Origin: Octopus sinensis
Lineage: Eukaryota
Length of the DNA stretch: 12,031 nt
Assembly: GCF_006345805.1 (NCBI RefSeq)
Contig: NW_021826777.1
Location: forward strand, 1 to 12,031
Direction of reading: 5' to 3'
A program made the translations under genes and the position numbers. Positions 9,290 to 12,031 of this stretch are shown one piece after another. Position 1 is the first letter of the stretch. The number at the start of each line of letters is the position of its first letter. The notes beneath the pieces were generated by a model, which worked only from the letters and a program-made list of their open reading frames with translations, searched no databases and was not told where the DNA came from.

Positions 9290-9532
9290 GGTGGAGGCAC
9301 AGTGGCCCAGTGCAGCGGACTCGCGGTTTCGATTCCCAGACCGGGCGTTGTGAGTGTTTATTGAACGAAAACACTTAAAGTTTCTCTCATTCTCTCATTC
9401 TTTCTTCTGTTGGCCTGCTCGCTTAGCCAGCGGGGTGGCGTCATTTGAAGGCTAAAACAATGCGAAGCACATTGTGACCAGCGATGTGTAGCAGCATCTG
9501 ATTGCCTGGTCGGTCACGGTGGTCACGGTGAT
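9290..9532 (+). mobile_element. tRNA-derived SINE with internally deleted head
   Basis: ggtggaggcacagTGGCCCAGTG (9303-9312)...GGTTTCGATTCC (9325-9336), cagaccgggcgttgtg...aaaacactt; head related to the 6324 copy, 3' part different; terminal 9-nt duplication ggtcacggt. Confidence 0.82.
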
Positions 9533-9534
9533 AT

Positions 9535-9709
9535 ATTGATAGACAGATAAAAAAAGGAGTGGGGAGATAGATGCATGGATAGAGAAATAAATAGAAAGAT
9601 AGACATATAGAGATAGATAGATAAATAGAGAGACAGAGAGAAGACAGCTAGCTAGCTGGAGACACAGGTAGATAGATAGACAGACAGCCAGACGAACAGA
9701 CAGACGAGC

Positions 9710-9744
<35 letters not shown>

Positions 9745-9749
9745 GGGAC

Positions 9750-9823
<74 letters not shown>

Positions 9824-9850
9824 GTAGTTATACAGACAGATACAGACAAG
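9535..9850. repeat. (GATA)n/(GACA)n compound microsatellite
   Basis: Read directly; source of the SIYL/SVCL repeat ORF 9652..9849. Confidence 0.95.
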
Positions 9851-10401
9851 AATATCGTTGACAGTGACTTCGAAGTTTCTGTCAGTTAAGCCATTGTTGC
9901 GATGCCTAAATAGGTAGACAGAGATAGAGTTATTGATTAATTGTTTGATTGATTGATTGAGTGATAGATTGGTAATAGAAATCCGAACTATTGTCTAAAT
10001 ATTATCACAGGCGGACTTTCCTCTTTAGATATCTCAAAATGTCAGAAGAACTTATTCCAAACGTTGCAATTTCGAGAGTGCAAACTATGGATGGCACGCA
10101 GAGTAAACGCTCTTGTCTTCATATCCATCGAACTCGACGACGCCAGTCAATCTCTTTTGTATCCTAATTCTTCGATTCAGAGCTTGCAAATTACTTCGGC
10201 CACGTAACTTGCCTCGACCTCAAAGAACAGGCAGTTCTAATTGCCAATAAGTAATGCCTTTACTGACGACTCGCGGTTATATACATCTATTCACGGGGAA
10301 CAGCTGAATGATAACACACATAATTCCCATGTATGTAAGAATTCTTGAGTGCTTAACGAGCGAAAATGTATGTTTATAATCAATACATTGAAGACCAATT
10401 T

Positions 10402-10462
10402 GTATGTATGCGCGCGCGCCTGTGCGACAGTATGTGTGCGGTGTGTGTGTGTGTGTGTGTGC
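10402..10462. repeat. (GC)5 plus (GT)n alternating tract
   Basis: gcgcgcgcgc at 10410-10419 and GT run at 10441-10461. Confidence 0.9.
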
Positions 10463-10707
10463 ATTCGTATATTTATAGATACGATTTAAAAATGTGTTGA
10501 GACGGTATGTAAGAAACATCGCATAGTGTTTTATGCAGATAACACCGAGGAAGTGTACCAAATGGATTGTACAGTGGTCCAGTAGACTTGCGTGATAACG
10601 AGAAGTGGCTTGTAAAAACACGCTTATGCCATAGAAAATTTTTAAAAATTCAATTACGCTTTCTTCATTTCTTATCAATACAAATATACATACATTCGTG
10701 CATACAT

Positions 10708-10992
10708 AGAGATTATAAATTCAGATTTATACCAACAATAATTGGTGTACGTGGCTTTGTGAGCAAATGCCTAAGTGGCAATCTGGATAAGCTTGGATTT
10801 TCAGAAAAAGAAATCGACCAACTAACTCGTACATTACAATAATACAATCTCTAAGTGGAACAGTAAAATTATGCAAGACTTTTCTCAAGTTCAAAATGTG
10901 ACATTGTTTTCGTTATCTATATTCCAACGATGGAACTTTGTTACAAACCATCTCCGTCCTCTGAGGAAGAAATTAATAAAAAACAGAAAATA
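10708..10992 (+). mobile_element. 3' end of non-LTR retrotransposon with restriction-like endonuclease (R4/Dong-like), 5'-truncated
   Basis: DYKFRFIPTIIGVRGFVSKCLSGNLDKLGFSEKEIDQLTRTLQ, then one frameshift at ~10839 to IIQSLSGTVKLCKTFLKFKM-stop (TGA 10899-10901). Matches the ORF C-terminus pattern of R4-type elements (IPIIIGALG...LQ...SGT..I.K.F). About 90-nt 3' UTR with AATAAA, then (ACAT)n. Confidence 0.72.
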
Positions 10993-11050
10993 ACATACAT
11001 ACATACATACATACATAATACATACATACATACATACATACAACATACAT
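10993..11050. repeat. (ACAT)n
   Basis: Tetranucleotide run abutting the LINE 3' UTR. Confidence 0.95.
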
Positions 11051-11286
11051 AAATATAAAACCAGGATGGGTCAAACCTTGAACAAAGCTGCATAGAAATG
11101 TTTACCTTGTAATTGAAGCAACTAACCGCACATAGATGCTACATCAAAATCATTAGGACACCTGTGTACCAGAAACACGTGTCGGATTGGAATTTAATGA
11201 GAATAATATTGTAATATATATATTTTGGAGACATATAGTTCATTCACATTTATGATGTTTTGATTGTGTACATATCTTTGTTTTAG

Positions 11287-11360
11287 GTGAACATAGAAAC
11301 GTGATCAAGTCATTTAATAAAGGATTCAATGTTAGAAGTCTGAGTGTGAAGAGGATTAAT
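11287..11360 (+). CDS. Possible small internal exon, product unknown
   Basis: Acceptor-like atctttgttttag|, stop-free frame (G)EHRNVIKSFNKGFNVRSLSVKRIN, donor-like |gtatga. No homology recognised. Confidence 0.15.
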
Positions 11361-11514
11361 GTATGACTGTGCGTCGCACAAAATATATTTTGTTGGACAC
11401 ACGTTTCTGAAAGGCTTGGAGGCCTTGGTATCACACTGCTGTGAACAGCAATTAAGCTAAAGAATGCCTTCAATGTTGTTATAGTGTAATAATATTTATT
11501 TAAAGCTGTGTATG

Positions 11515-11600
11515 GGAGAGAGAGAGAGGGTATGTGTGCATGTGTGTGTGTGAGAGAGAGAGGGAGAAAGAGGGAGAGGAGGAGGGAGAGGGAGAGAGAG
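11515..11600. repeat. GA-rich polypurine tract with (GT)n
   Basis: Purine-only run at ~11553-11601. Confidence 0.9.
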
Positions 11601-11688
11601 AGTTGCTACTCGGGGTTTTTGGGGTCTTTACTAAGAAATGCATTTTTCTATGTCTTATAAAATGAGGATCTGAGAACTCGGAGTAATT

Positions 11689-11699
11689 ACACACACACA

Positions 11700-11744
<45 letters not shown>

Positions 11745-12031
11745 ACCCTACGCACACAGACATGCTGGCAGACACCCACATATATATATACACACACACA
11801 AATTCATCCTCCCACACACACACACACACACACATACGCATACACATACGTACACATACACTAACAAGCATACACTTACACAGACATACGCACACATTCA
11901 TTCATACACACTCGCATGCACACGCGCACGCACAGACACACACATACTCACATACAAGCATACAGTTACGTACACAGACACTCAGACACACGCATACGTA
12001 CACATATATTCATGCATACTGGCATACACAC
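11689..12031. repeat. Degenerate (CA)n block
   Basis: CA-rich repeats to the window end. Confidence 0.9.

Noticed and set aside
10030-10110. CNFESANYGW peptide resembling a MAM-domain start, after an acceptor-like ctttag
   Set aside because: Lacks the second Cys, a stop follows within four codons, and no downstream MAM similarity.
1-12031. CRISPR array or prokaryotic defence system
   Set aside because: No regularly spaced repeat-spacer array or operon-like coding density; the sequence is eukaryotic repeat DNA.

Overview
Eukaryotic, AT-rich, repeat-saturated DNA, probably intronic or intergenic. The density of (TA)n/(CA)n/(TACA)n/(GATA)n tracts and the tRNA-derived SINE types suggest an octopus or other coleoid cephalopod genome (inference from recalled repeat sequences, not a database search). 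No intact host gene is supportable, and nearly all ORF-track entries are translated microsatellites. Non-simple content: (1) a decayed Penelope-like retroelement (PLE) on the minus strand, ~6420 to ~4360, with RT motifs (LKEHKPNF, QFD..YP, FDVSMG, GLYRDDG) and a GIY-YIG endonuclease with C-terminal CxxC, split by a nested SINE; (2) the 3' end of a non-LTR retrotransposon with a restriction-like endonuclease (R4/Dong-like C-terminus), lying between ACAT repeats; (3) five SINE copies or fragments, two forming an inverted pair; (4) a ~120 bp element with perfect 39-bp inverted repeats; (5) a degenerate hammerhead-like motif; (6) two 60-70 nt hairpins. I cannot establish a new biological system. 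The best leads are the possibly microsatellite-targeted LINE, the PLE, the hammerhead-like motif and the perfect-IR element.
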